Shown here piece by piece: positions 18,953 through 27,102 of a stretch of 52,187 bases of DNA. The notes beneath the pieces are model-generated. The model did no database searches and was not told where the DNA came from. It worked only from the letters and a program-made list of their open reading frames with translations. The stretch comes from a virus (Duplodnaviria; Heunggongvirae; Uroviricota; Caudoviricetes): IMG/VR virus record IMGVR_UViG_3300025015_000015; one strand, written 5' to 3'. How positions within the stretch are numbered: the stretch's first letter is position 1; every line of letters begins with the position of its first letter. The translations under genes and the position numbers were made by a program.

Positions 18953-19155
18953 TATTATCGGACTTTCGATTTTATTTTCATGACCGTGAGAATTAATTAA
19001 AATATTATAACCACTACAAACGTTAAGAACTACATATCTTGAATATTAAAGAAATCACTTTTTTGTAAAATATAGTGGTAAAGTAAATGGTTCTCCTGCT
19101 ACAGGAATTGATGAATTTTTAATAAGTTAATAAAAAGTTTAAATTTTAATATTAT
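18937..19155. repeat. Composite insertion bounded by 22-bp direct repeats
   Basis: aaagtttaaattttaatattat at 18937-18958 and 19134-19155; encloses motif copy 5, a promoter-module fragment and a 40-bp copy of 42697-42736. Confidence 0.85.
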
Positions 19156-19171
19156 TAAGTGATGGATAAAA

Positions 19172-19981
19172 ATGATTACACTTACAAAAGATGATTTTAA
19201 AATTTTAATTTATCCTGATGGACAGCCCCATGTTAGTGTAAAGCCCAAAGTTTTTGTTACATCCGTTCGTTTGGTTATGTCAATTAGGAATCCAAATGAA
19301 CTATTTATTATGTCTGCTATGGTTAATGCTTTACGACATGATGGAGTAGAAAAGATTGAATTATGCGTTCCTTATTTGATGGGTGCAAGATCTGATAGGC
19401 TTCAGATTCCTGGACATAGTGTTGATCTTGAGGTTGTGGCTGAAGTTATAAATAGTTGTGGATTTATTCGTGTTGTGGTTTTTGATGTTCATAGTGATGC
19501 AGCAAGTAAGATGATTGGTAGGCTTCATAATATTGAAAATAAATATTTGGTTGAAAAATATCATAGACCAGGAGCAATTGTTATCTGTCCTGATTCTGGT
19601 GCTTATAAGAAGCTTCCGATTGTGTGTAGCTGGAATAGCAGTTTTGTTGAATATGTAACATGTACAAAGCAGCGGGATATTGAAACAGGGAGAATAACTC
19701 TTGTTGTTGATGACCCAAAGCGGTGTGAAGGTCGTATTTGTGTTATAGTTGATGATATATGTGATGGTGGTGGAACATTTCTTGCTATTGCTGATCAGAT
19801 TAAACCTTCTCATCTTACATTGATTGTTTCCCATGGAATCTTCTCAAAGGGATTTAGTGTGTTTAGTGGAAAGATAGATGAAATCATAACCAGTAATAGT
19901 TATTCATACTGGTCGAATGGTTTTGGTGGAAATCCGCTTGTTTATACATATTCTTTGAAGGAGGATTGGTATGAGGATTAA
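19172..19981 (+). CDS. prs: Ribose-phosphate pyrophosphokinase-like protein (NARP1 Adps candidate)
   Basis: YPDGQ, PYLMGARSDR, DVHS, CPDSGA, IVDDICDGGGTF. Confidence 0.85.
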   Translation: MITLTKDDFKILIYPDGQPHVSVKPKVFVTSVRLVMSIRNPNELFIMSAMVNALRHDGVEKIELCVPYLMGARSDRLQIPGHSVDLEVVAEVINSCGFIRVVVFDVHSDAASKMIGRLHNIENKYLVEKYHRPGAIVICPDSGAYKKLPIVCSWNSSFVEYVTCTKQRDIETGRITLVVDDPKRCEGRICVIVDDICDGGGTFLAIADQIKPSHLTLIVSHGIFSKGFSVFSGKIDEIITSNSYSYWSNGFGGNPLVYTYSLKEDWYED

Positions 19982-21431
19982 TCCGTTGTTGCTTGCAGAC
20001 TTTTATAAGGTTGGTCATGTGTTCCAATATCCAAAAGGTACAACCAAGGTTTATTCAAATTTTACTCCGAGAAGATCCCGTATGGAAGGAGTCAATAAGG
20101 TTGTTTTCTTTGGACTTCAATATTTCCTTAAGGAGTATCTGCAACGGATCTTTTCGGAGAATTTCTTCTGCCTGAGTGAAGAGTTGGCCGTTAAGTCATA
20201 TAGTCGCATTGTTAAGAACTCACTTGGTGTAGATCTTCCTACGTATGATCATATACGACAACTTTATAGGTGTGGATATCTTCCACTTAGTATCAAAGCT
20301 CTTCCTGAGGGAACATTGGTTCCTATTGGTGTTCCCTGTTTAACTGTTACTAATACGAAACCTGAGTTTTATTGGCTTCCTAATTTCATTGAGACAATGC
20401 TATCGTCTTGTTTATGGCAGGCTTGCACATCAGCCACAATTGCACATCAATATAAGAAGCTTCTTGATGGTCATGCTGAATTGACTGGTATTCCTAAAGA
20501 ATTTGTTCAATGGCAGGGTCACGATTTCAGCTTCCGTGGAATGGGATCTCCTGAGAGTGCATTGTTATCAGGTATGGGTCACCTTCTGTCGTTCTCTGGT
20601 ACTGATACAATTCCGGCCATTGTTGCACTTGAGGAATACTATTGTGCAGATGTTACAAAGGAATTGGTTGGTGGTAGTGTTCCGGCTACGGAGCATAGCG
20701 TAATGTCCTGTGGTGGAGATTTCAATGAATTGGAAACCTATAGAAGGTTGATAACCGAGGTTTATCCGAATGGGATAGTTTCAATAGTTTCCGATACGTG
20801 GAATTTGTGGAAGGTTTGCACTGATTACATGCGTACATTAAAGAATGAAGTTCTTAATAGGAATGGAAAGGTTGTAATTCGTCCGGATAGTGGTAATCCA
20901 GTTGATATTTTGTGTGGTGATTCCGGATCGTCCAATCCTAATATTAATGCTGGTGTTGTTCAGTTGTTATGGGACGTGTTTGGTGGTACATACACCAGAT
21001 CTGGATTCAGACTTCTTGATTCTCATATTGGAGTAATTTATGGTGACGCAATTACTCTAGATCGTGCTGATAAGATCTGTAAAGGTCTTGAAGAGAAGGG
21101 ATTTGCCTCTCAGTGTGTATTAGGTATTGGTAGTTATACCTATCAGTATAACACAAGAGACACGTTTGGATTTGCTATGAAGGCAACCTATGCTGAAGTC
21201 AATGGTGAATCTAAGACACTGTTTAAGGATCCTGTGACTGATAGTGGTGAAAAGAAGTCAGCTAGAGGATTGCTTTGTGTCAAGCGTGATGATTGTGGAC
21301 GATTGGTTTTGATTGATAATGTTACTCCAGAATTGGAGAAGACAGGAGAATTGGTTGAAGTGTTTAATGATGGTGTAATTACAAATGAAACCAGTTTGTT
21401 CGAGATTAGGAATATATTGAAAGGCTCTTAA
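19971..21431 (+). CDS. nadV: Nicotinamide phosphoribosyltransferase-like protein (NARP1 Namat candidate)
   Basis: DFYKVGH, HDFSFRG, GTDT, PATEHSVM, SIVSDTW, IRPDSG, IYGDAIT, KDPVTD. Confidence 0.9.
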   Translation: MRINPLLLADFYKVGHVFQYPKGTTKVYSNFTPRRSRMEGVNKVVFFGLQYFLKEYLQRIFSENFFCLSEELAVKSYSRIVKNSLGVDLPTYDHIRQLYRCGYLPLSIKALPEGTLVPIGVPCLTVTNTKPEFYWLPNFIETMLSSCLWQACTSATIAHQYKKLLDGHAELTGIPKEFVQWQGHDFSFRGMGSPESALLSGMGHLLSFSGTDTIPAIVALEEYYCADVTKELVGGSVPATEHSVMSCGGDFNELETYRRLITEVYPNGIVSIVSDTWNLWKVCTDYMRTLKNEVLNRNGKVVIRPDSGNPVDILCGDSGSSNPNINAGVVQLLWDVFGGTYTRSGFRLLDSHIGVIYGDAITLDRADKICKGLEEKGFASQCVLGIGSYTYQYNTRDTFGFAMKATYAEVNGESKTLFKDPVTDSGEKKSARGLLCVKRDDCGRLVLIDNVTPELEKTGELVEVFNDGVITNETSLFEIRNILKGS

Positions 21432-21809
21432 ATGAAGCTTAAAGATCCAAAGATTACAATTTTGTTTAATGATGATGGAATGTCAATTGAAGTTTATGAT
21501 AATAAATCTTCTGTTACTTTCCTTAAAGCAAAATTAAATACAAAACAAACATGTCAAGTTTTATCCAGGCTTGGACACACAGATTGTGAGGCTGAAGTTT
21601 TTCATCTTGATATTATTGGAAAGAAGATGGAACATAAGCCGTTTGAATTTATAGTTCCTGAATATTGTAGTAAAGATAAAGCTGCTAAAATAGTTGTTAA
21701 AGTTTGTCCGGAAGGATGGTTTCCTGATATTAATTTTAGTTGTCAAGGATCGTTTTTCATAAGAAATGATCTTTTCTATGCTAGAACTACAATTAAGAGA
21801 TGGGTATGA
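21432..21809 (+). CDS. Hypothetical protein
   Basis: Starts directly after the NAMPT-like stop. Confidence 0.6.
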   Translation: MKLKDPKITILFNDDGMSIEVYDNKSSVTFLKAKLNTKQTCQVLSRLGHTDCEAEVFHLDIIGKKMEHKPFEFIVPEYCSKDKAAKIVVKVCPEGWFPDINFSCQGSFFIRNDLFYARTTIKRWV

Positions 21810-21996
21810 CGGAAGAGTGTAAGAAGAATTGCAGGAATTGTGCCTTATGGTTTCCTGATAATGTTCTTGTTCAGGTAGCTATGTGTCGTGTTAATAGACA
21901 ATGGAAGTATTTTAATGATATTTGTGAAGAACATCAAAATAAAGACCTGCATCCTGAAATGGATAATATTGTTGGATAATATGAAAGGTTGATTGT

Positions 21997-22179
21997 ATGA
22001 TTAATTTTGTTGTAGTATCAACAATTGTTTTTGCTATTGCTTTTATTTCTTATATTATTTGTTTTGGAAAATTATTGATTTCCCCATGGAATAAAATTCA
22101 CCCAGCATACAGAATTGCAGCTTTGATTGATCTTGGTTTGGCTGTTTGGGGAACGTTTGTTATATTTGGTTGTAAGTAA
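21997..22179 (+). CDS. Small two-TM membrane protein
   Basis: Two hydrophobic segments; SD gaaagg. Confidence 0.5.
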   Translation: MINFVVVSTIVFAIAFISYIICFGKLLISPWNKIHPAYRIAALIDLGLAVWGTFVIFGCK

Positions 22180-22253
22180 GCTGATGTAGCTCAGTTGGAT
22201 AGAGTAACGGATTTCTAATCCGTGTGTCGAGGGTTTGAGTCCCTTCATCGGCG
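22180..22253 (+). tRNA. tRNA-Arg(TCT)
   Basis: Cloverleaf GCTGATG...CATCGGC; anticodon arm ACGGA-TTTCTAA-TCCGT; no encoded CCA. Confidence 0.9.
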
Positions 22254-22271
22254 TATTTTGGAGAAAAATAA

Positions 22272-22484
22272 ATGGTTAGAGCTACTGATGGTTGTGGAAA
22301 AACGGATGATCCAAGGCCGGTGAATCGGCGTAAATATGAGGAAAATCATGTAAGGATATTTGGTATTAAATGCCCAAAAGGTTGGCATTGTGAAGGTTGT
22401 TTTTTTAAAAATGATGGAAAATGTAAAAGTGGTAAAATTTATTATTTAAATTTATATAATGAAATTTTAAAAATAATGGAGTAA
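22272..22484 (+). CDS. Small Cys-rich protein
   Basis: SD ggag; CPKGWHCEGC..C. Confidence 0.5.
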   Translation: MVRATDGCGKTDDPRPVNRRKYEENHVRIFGIKCPKGWHCEGCFFKNDGKCKSGKIYYLNLYNEILKIME

Positions 22485-22629
22485 TTATGATTCGTTTAAT
22501 TAAGATTTTGATTGTTACCGGTGTATTATTTTGTGGTGGTTGCATTTGTAGTTATTCCAGTGATAATATGGATTTAGGTTTTAATGGATCGAATTTTTCT
22601 TTCAATTGGAATTCATAAGGAATTAGTAT

Positions 22630-22860
22630 GTGATATTTAAGGATGTATCCATGGAGCTTGAAGATATTAAACGAAAAGCTTCTAGTTTAGGGATTAATCC
22701 TGATGGTTTAAGTTTGACTGAATTGGTAAGATTCATACAGATTAAAGAAAATAATAATCCATGCTTTGGCAGACATTTAGTTAATGCCGGTTGTGAAAAT
22801 TGCTGTTTCAAGAAGAATTGTTTCGGAATTATACCATTTATAACATTTAATGTTGTTTGA
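22630..22860 (+). CDS. SAP/Rho-N-like helical protein with a C-terminal Cys cluster
   Basis: IKRKASSLGINPDGLSLTELVRFIQIKENNNPCFG...CENCCFKKNC. Confidence 0.55.
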   Translation: MIFKDVSMELEDIKRKASSLGINPDGLSLTELVRFIQIKENNNPCFGRHLVNAGCENCCFKKNCFGIIPFITFNVV

Positions 22861-22866
22861 TTTTCT

Positions 22867-22905
22867 CCCAACTGGATCAATCGAAAGATCTCCAAGTTGG
22901 GTTTT
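22867..22905 (+). terminator. Hairpin plus T-tract just upstream of tRNA-Pro
   Basis: cccaact...agttggg stem followed by tttt. Confidence 0.4.
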
Positions 22906-22908
22906 GAA

Positions 22909-22982
22909 CTAGGTATAGGAAAGTTTGGTACTCCGCGTGGTTTGGGACCACGAGATCGAAGGTTCAAATCCTTCTACCTAGA
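22909..22982 (+). tRNA. tRNA-Pro(TGG)
   Basis: CTAGGTA/TACCTAG acceptor; CGTGG-TTTGGGA-CCACG; GAAGG-TTCAAAT-CCTTC. Confidence 0.9.
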
Positions 22983-22984
22983 TT

Positions 22985-23308
22985 ATGATTAGAGCAAGGA
23001 AGTTTAAGCTAAAGAAGAAAATGCCTTCAGAATTATGGCATCCTTTTGTACGAGCAATCCGGTTTGATGGGAGTCAGAAAAGTAGTGATCAAATTAATTA
23101 TTTAATTAGTGTTGAAAGTTGTACAATAAATGTTGATGATAAAGGTCCATGGTTTTTAATTACTACTTGGATAATTGATAAGACAGGTAATGTAAAAGAA
23201 GAAATTAGAGTTGATGTTGGAAATTGGGTTTTGGTTTCTGCTAATAATAAGAAAGCATCGCCAGAGGTTTGGTTCGATGATTTATTCCAAAAAGCGTATA
23301 GAAAATAA
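22985..23308 (+). CDS. Hypothetical protein
   Basis: 107-aa ORF between tRNAs. Confidence 0.55.
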   Translation: MIRARKFKLKKKMPSELWHPFVRAIRFDGSQKSSDQINYLISVESCTINVDDKGPWFLITTWIIDKTGNVKEEIRVDVGNWVLVSANNKKASPEVWFDDLFQKAYRK

Positions 23309-23383
23309 GCTCCTGTCTTCTAATGGTCCAAGGATTCAGCCCCTTCAAGGCTGAGATAGCGGGTTCGAATCCCCTCAGGAGTA
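23309..23383 (+). tRNA. tRNA-Glu(TTC)
   Basis: GCTCCTG/CAGGAGT acceptor; CAGCC-CCTTCAA-GGCTG; TTCGAAT loop. Confidence 0.85.
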
Positions 23384-23385
23384 GT

Positions 23386-23526
23386 ATGGAAAAATTAAAA
23401 TATATAATAGTTTATCAATATGATGATATAGCTGCATTTAAATATGCCGGTGATAGGGATGCGTATTTAGAATATTTGCGTGAAAATCATTCCGATTGTG
23501 AATTTTCTACCTTGGAAAGGGATTAA
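23386..23526 (+). CDS. Small hypothetical protein
   Basis: ATG 23386 just after tRNA-Glu. Confidence 0.45.
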   Translation: MEKLKYIIVYQYDDIAAFKYAGDRDAYLEYLRENHSDCEFSTLERD

Positions 23527-23702
23527 ATGAAGACAAAGACTATGTATTTCAAAGTTGACAAACGTACAATTGGAATTAAGTTTCATAAATTTGGTGATAG
23601 TTATTATTATCCTTGCAAAATGAGTATGCCTAAGATAATTAGGTTTAAATAGATGACCGCATTAGTTTTCCTGAGGATCTGCAGATTTTTAGGATTTGAT
23701 TT

Positions 23703-24080
23703 ATGACGGATGTTTGTCAATCAACACAGACTGTAGTTAAAGTTGGAATGTTTGTCAGGAGTTTCAGAAGTGAACCGATTATTGGTTTAACATTAGATAG
23801 CTTTAATTATAGATTTTTAATAAAACCCAATTCTGTTGTTAGTTTATCGGGTCATTCCTTTGTTGATCTTTCCGGTGCTCCGGGTTTTTACAATATAATA
23901 TTAAATGAAGATGATACTCAATATACTGGCCACGCTATACTTGTTTTCCATGATAGAAGTTTATTATCTTCAGTTATTGAAGAATTGAATATAATAACTC
24001 CAGAAGCTTGGCAAGTAAAATATGGTCCTCCTTCTCCACCATTTCAATGTAATTTTTCTTCAAGTCCAATAGTTGTATAA
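23703..24080 (+). CDS. Hypothetical protein, probably virion-associated
   Basis: Beta-rich; C-terminus SSSPIVV resembles those of the downstream genes. Confidence 0.5.
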   Translation: MTDVCQSTQTVVKVGMFVRSFRSEPIIGLTLDSFNYRFLIKPNSVVSLSGHSFVDLSGAPGFYNIILNEDDTQYTGHAILVFHDRSLLSSVIEELNIITPEAWQVKYGPPSPPFQCNFSSSPIVV

Positions 24081-24168
24081 CTCTTACAATACTAAATTCT
24101 CTCTGTATTAATTTTTCTATATATAGAAGAATCATATTCATATACAGATAATATAAGGAGAAGATTTT

Positions 24169-24699
24169 ATGGCTAATGAAAAGAATTTTAAACTTGGTGC
24201 TGCTATTGCGATTAGGTATCAGGCTCCTAATGCTGTTACCGGATTAGCTCCTGTGGCGGAAATTTTTGATGAAACTGGTGCTAAGGATTTAGTTAATTTT
24301 CCAGATGTTGTATTAACTGAAATTGGGGCTACTGGTCGTTATGTTGGATCATATGTACCAGACGCAGATGGAGAATGGTTAATTCAGATTAATGATGGTA
24401 CTGGTAAAGGTAAAGTTATTATTGCACATTCTTGTGGATCGTGGAATATTCATGAGATTGGTCAAGCAATGGCGAAGGATTCTACTGTAGCTAAAGATGC
24501 TACTGTTGCCAAGGATTCTACTGTAGCTAAAGATGCCACCGTAGCAAAGGATTCTACTGTAGCTAAAGATGCTACTGTTGCTAAAGCTGCTGATCTTGCT
24601 AATTTAGATGGTGATGTTGTTGCAGTAAAGGCTGTTGTTGATAGTATTCAGTCCGATATTGATAGTTTGGAAGTTTCCAGTCCTCCAATGGTAGTATAA
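24169..24699 (+). CDS. Putative virion decoration/fibre protein (Ig-like head + repeat stalk)
   Basis: Paralog of 25469; (AKDSTV-AKDATV)x3; SD aggag. Confidence 0.6.
   Translation: MANEKNFKLGAAIAIRYQAPNAVTGLAPVAEIFDETGAKDLVNFPDVVLTEIGATGRYVGSYVPDADGEWLIQINDGTGKGKVIIAHSCGSWNIHEIGQAMAKDSTVAKDATVAKDSTVAKDATVAKDSTVAKDATVAKAADLANLDGDVVAVKAVVDSIQSDIDSLEVSSPPMVV
24472..24585 (+). repeat. 18-bp tandem repeat (6 x AKD[S/A]TV)
   Basis: Read directly from DNA and protein. Confidence 0.9.
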
Positions 24700-24720
24700 A
24701 TTGGTTTGCTAAATGTTTAA

Positions 24721-25026
24721 ATGGTTGATATATTTAAACCTGGAGTTAATAAAGTATTCTATAAATCTAAAGGATTTAATGGTGGGATACTAGTAACTGT
24801 TGAGATGGTATTCCCCAATTTGGTGGATAGAATAGGGTTATATTTAGATGAATTTGAAGAAGGTGTTTATTTTTTAGAATATAACTTTGAATTTTTGGGT
24901 AAGTATGTTGGAGTATTTTATGAAAATGGAAAGAAAGCTCAAGTTTCTTCATTTTTAGTTGTTGATTCAACATTCCTTGGTGATTCAGGATATAATAATT
25001 CATCTGGTGTGTTTATAAGTAGATAA
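24721..25026 (+). CDS. Small beta-rich putative virion protein
   Basis: EFEEGVYFLEY...GKYVGVF resembles the neighbouring Ig-like proteins. Confidence 0.5.
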   Translation: MVDIFKPGVNKVFYKSKGFNGGILVTVEMVFPNLVDRIGLYLDEFEEGVYFLEYNFEFLGKYVGVFYENGKKAQVSSFLVVDSTFLGDSGYNNSSGVFISR

Positions 25027-25027
25027 A

Positions 25028-25273
25028 ATGGAAATTAAAGATATAAATAATCAAATTGATGTAAATAAAATTTTTCTTATATTGAAGGAAATAGTATCTT
25101 TAATAGATAAAAATTTTGAATTAAAGGATAAATTAGTTTCATTTAATAATGTTGAAGATGTTTTGATTTGGATCAGAATTTGTATTAAATACTCAAAGTT
25201 TGAAAATGAAGCACAAAGACGAGAAATTAAGTATTTATTAAATATTATAGAAAGATTAAGTAATGGCAAATGA
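25028..25273 (+). CDS. Small protein related to 15304 (IKYSKFENEAQRRE)
   Basis: Shared C-terminal motif with 15304..15507. Confidence 0.55.
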   Translation: MEIKDINNQIDVNKIFLILKEIVSLIDKNFELKDKLVSFNNVEDVLIWIRICIKYSKFENEAQRREIKYLLNIIERLSNGK

Positions 25274-25457
25274 AGTATTTCCAGCTTCAGATCATGATCT
25301 TTTAATTAGGTTGGATACTAAGTTGGATGCTATTGATAAAAAATTAGATGGTCATATCCAAGAGCATGTTACACTAAAAAGTAATATAGTTAAAGCGTTT
25401 ATTACATCAATATTTTCGTTAGTGTGTTCAGGTTTAGTATACATTCTTAAGAAGTAG
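25263..25457 (+). CDS. Coiled coil + TM protein, possible holin/antiholin
   Basis: LLIRLDTKLDAIDKKL coil, then a TM helix and KK end. Confidence 0.4.
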   Translation: MANEVFPASDHDLLIRLDTKLDAIDKKLDGHIQEHVTLKSNIVKAFITSIFSLVCSGLVYILKK

Positions 25458-25468
25458 GGGGTTATATT

Positions 25469-25885
25469 ATGGCACAGAAAAATTTTAAAATTAATGAAGC
25501 AATTCAAATTAGGTATGTGGCTGCAAATGCCCAAACCGGGTTAACTGGTGTGGTTGGGGATGTCTACAATCCCTCAGATGCTCTGGTTTCTAGCGTCCCT
25601 CTGCTTGAGGAAGAGTCAGGACTGTATGTTGGCACTTTTACTCCTGATGCCGATGGTGAGTGGCGAGTTCGGTCGCATAAGGCTGATGGAACTGGTGTTT
25701 CTTATGAGCCGTATAGTGTTGGTGCGTGGAATGTTGATGCTATTGGTGCTAAAGCAAATGAAGCTAATGCTAGAATCATTGCTTTGGATTTTAAGGTTGA
25801 TGCTTTGCAGGGTGCAGTTAATGCTATTGGTGCTAAATGTGATGCAATCCTAGCTGCTGTTGGTGGTGAACCAGAAGGTTTCTAA
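25469..25885 (+). CDS. Putative virion decoration protein, paralog of 24169
   Basis: NFK...AIxIRY...TGL...G.YVG...PDADGEW...GxWN shared with 24169; coiled-coil tail. Confidence 0.6.
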   Translation: MAQKNFKINEAIQIRYVAANAQTGLTGVVGDVYNPSDALVSSVPLLEEESGLYVGTFTPDADGEWRVRSHKADGTGVSYEPYSVGAWNVDAIGAKANEANARIIALDFKVDALQGAVNAIGAKCDAILAAVGGEPEGF

Positions 25886-25907
25886 TAATTTAGTAATATT
25901 TAATGGA

Positions 25908-25931
25908 CATGAGTAATATCATGTCCAATGT
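25908..25931 (+). terminator. Intergenic hairpin
   Basis: tggacatga-gtaata-tcatgtcca, 9-bp perfect stem. Confidence 0.45.
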
Positions 25932-25946
25932 TATTATAATTTAATA

Positions 25947-27101
25947 TTGGGTGTTTTAATGGGACGTGCTTGGACACAAAGAGAATTCACGACTAAGCAA
26001 TGGAGATCAATTGGGATGGATTCTGATGGATCTGCGTTTATTGCAGGCATAGCTGGCGGACGTTTATGGACATCGCATGATTACGGACAAACTGGAACTG
26101 AAAGACAACCAGGTGGAGCAGTTGATCTGGGGTGGACAAGGGTATGTTGTGATTCTGATGGAAGTTTTTTTGTGGCCTGTGTGGGTGATGGTCGATTATA
26201 CTCTTGTGCAGATTCAGGAGTTACATGGGTAGAAGAGATTCCTGCCGGAGATGCCGATAAAAATTGGCAGGCACTTGGAATAGATGAAGACGGGTCAGTT
26301 GTAATAGCAGGCATATATGGTGGAAGATTGTGGTTATCAACAGATTCATGTGTAAATTGGGGTGAAGTGCAACCTGCCGGGGCTAGTAATATTACGTGGA
26401 ATTGTGCTTGTTGCGATTCTGATGGATCAGTTATTGTAGTCGGAGCTAATCCGGGAACGAGGGGCGGACATTTTTGTATATCGGTAAATTCAGGAGTCAA
26501 TTGGGCAGTTAAAGACGCAAATAATACAGGAGGGGGAGGCAATTGGAGAGATGTTAAATGTAGTGCAGATGGTTCCGTTATTATAGCATGTGAAAGTGGA
26601 TATAGAGTTTGGCTTTCCACAAATACAGGTAGCACTTGGACAGAAATACGTCCAACAGGTGTTAATGAAAACAAAGCTTGGGATGGTGTTTCATGCAGTG
26701 CCGACGGCCAAATATTGTGTGCTATACATGATTCTCGTGCATATATTAGTGAAAGTCAGGGAGCGGCGGGAACGTGGGTTGAGTTACAACCTAGGGGCGA
26801 TGTTGGAGCCGATTGGACAGCAATAGATATGTCTGATGATGGTGCAAGAGTACTTCTTGCTGATTATCCTGGAAAGCTTTACACATCATACATGGCTGAC
26901 TTTCCTGCAACTGGAGATGTCAGGGATGGTGTGATTTACGGTGAAACTGGATCTGCTCAGACCGGAACACTTGAGCTTCCTACAGAAGCCCAGGTTGAGA
27001 ATGGAGTCGGTTTTGGAGAACTTGGTACTGAATTTACTGGTTCGTTAGTGTCTGGTGGTGGTGGTGCAGTACTTGGTTCCCCAATTGTTAGAGGAGTTTA
27101 G
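25947..27101 (+). CDS. Beta-propeller (Asp-box/BNR-like repeats), putative receptor-binding protein
   Basis: About seven repeats of W..xxCSxDG...G.lw.SxDxGxxW; C-terminal PATGDVRDGVIYG...TGTL; start may be ATG 25959. Confidence 0.6.
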   Translation: MGVLMGRAWTQREFTTKQWRSIGMDSDGSAFIAGIAGGRLWTSHDYGQTGTERQPGGAVDLGWTRVCCDSDGSFFVACVGDGRLYSCADSGVTWVEEIPAGDADKNWQALGIDEDGSVVIAGIYGGRLWLSTDSCVNWGEVQPAGASNITWNCACCDSDGSVIVVGANPGTRGGHFCISVNSGVNWAVKDANNTGGGGNWRDVKCSADGSVIIACESGYRVWLSTNTGSTWTEIRPTGVNENKAWDGVSCSADGQILCAIHDSRAYISESQGAAGTWVELQPRGDVGADWTAIDMSDDGARVLLADYPGKLYTSYMADFPATGDVRDGVIYGETGSAQTGTLELPTEAQVENGVGFGELGTEFTGSLVSGGGGAVLGSPIVRGV

Positions 27102-27102
27102 A

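Noticed and set aside
19172-21431. NARP2 (NAMPT + NMNAT) assignment
   Set aside because: The partner gene is Prs-like, not an adenylyltransferase.
22623-22967. Minus-strand 114-aa ORF
   Set aside because: Antisense to tRNA-Pro and a plus-strand gene.
23323-23385. Upstream extension of ORF 23323
   Set aside because: Lies inside tRNA-Glu; ATG 23386 is the more plausible start.
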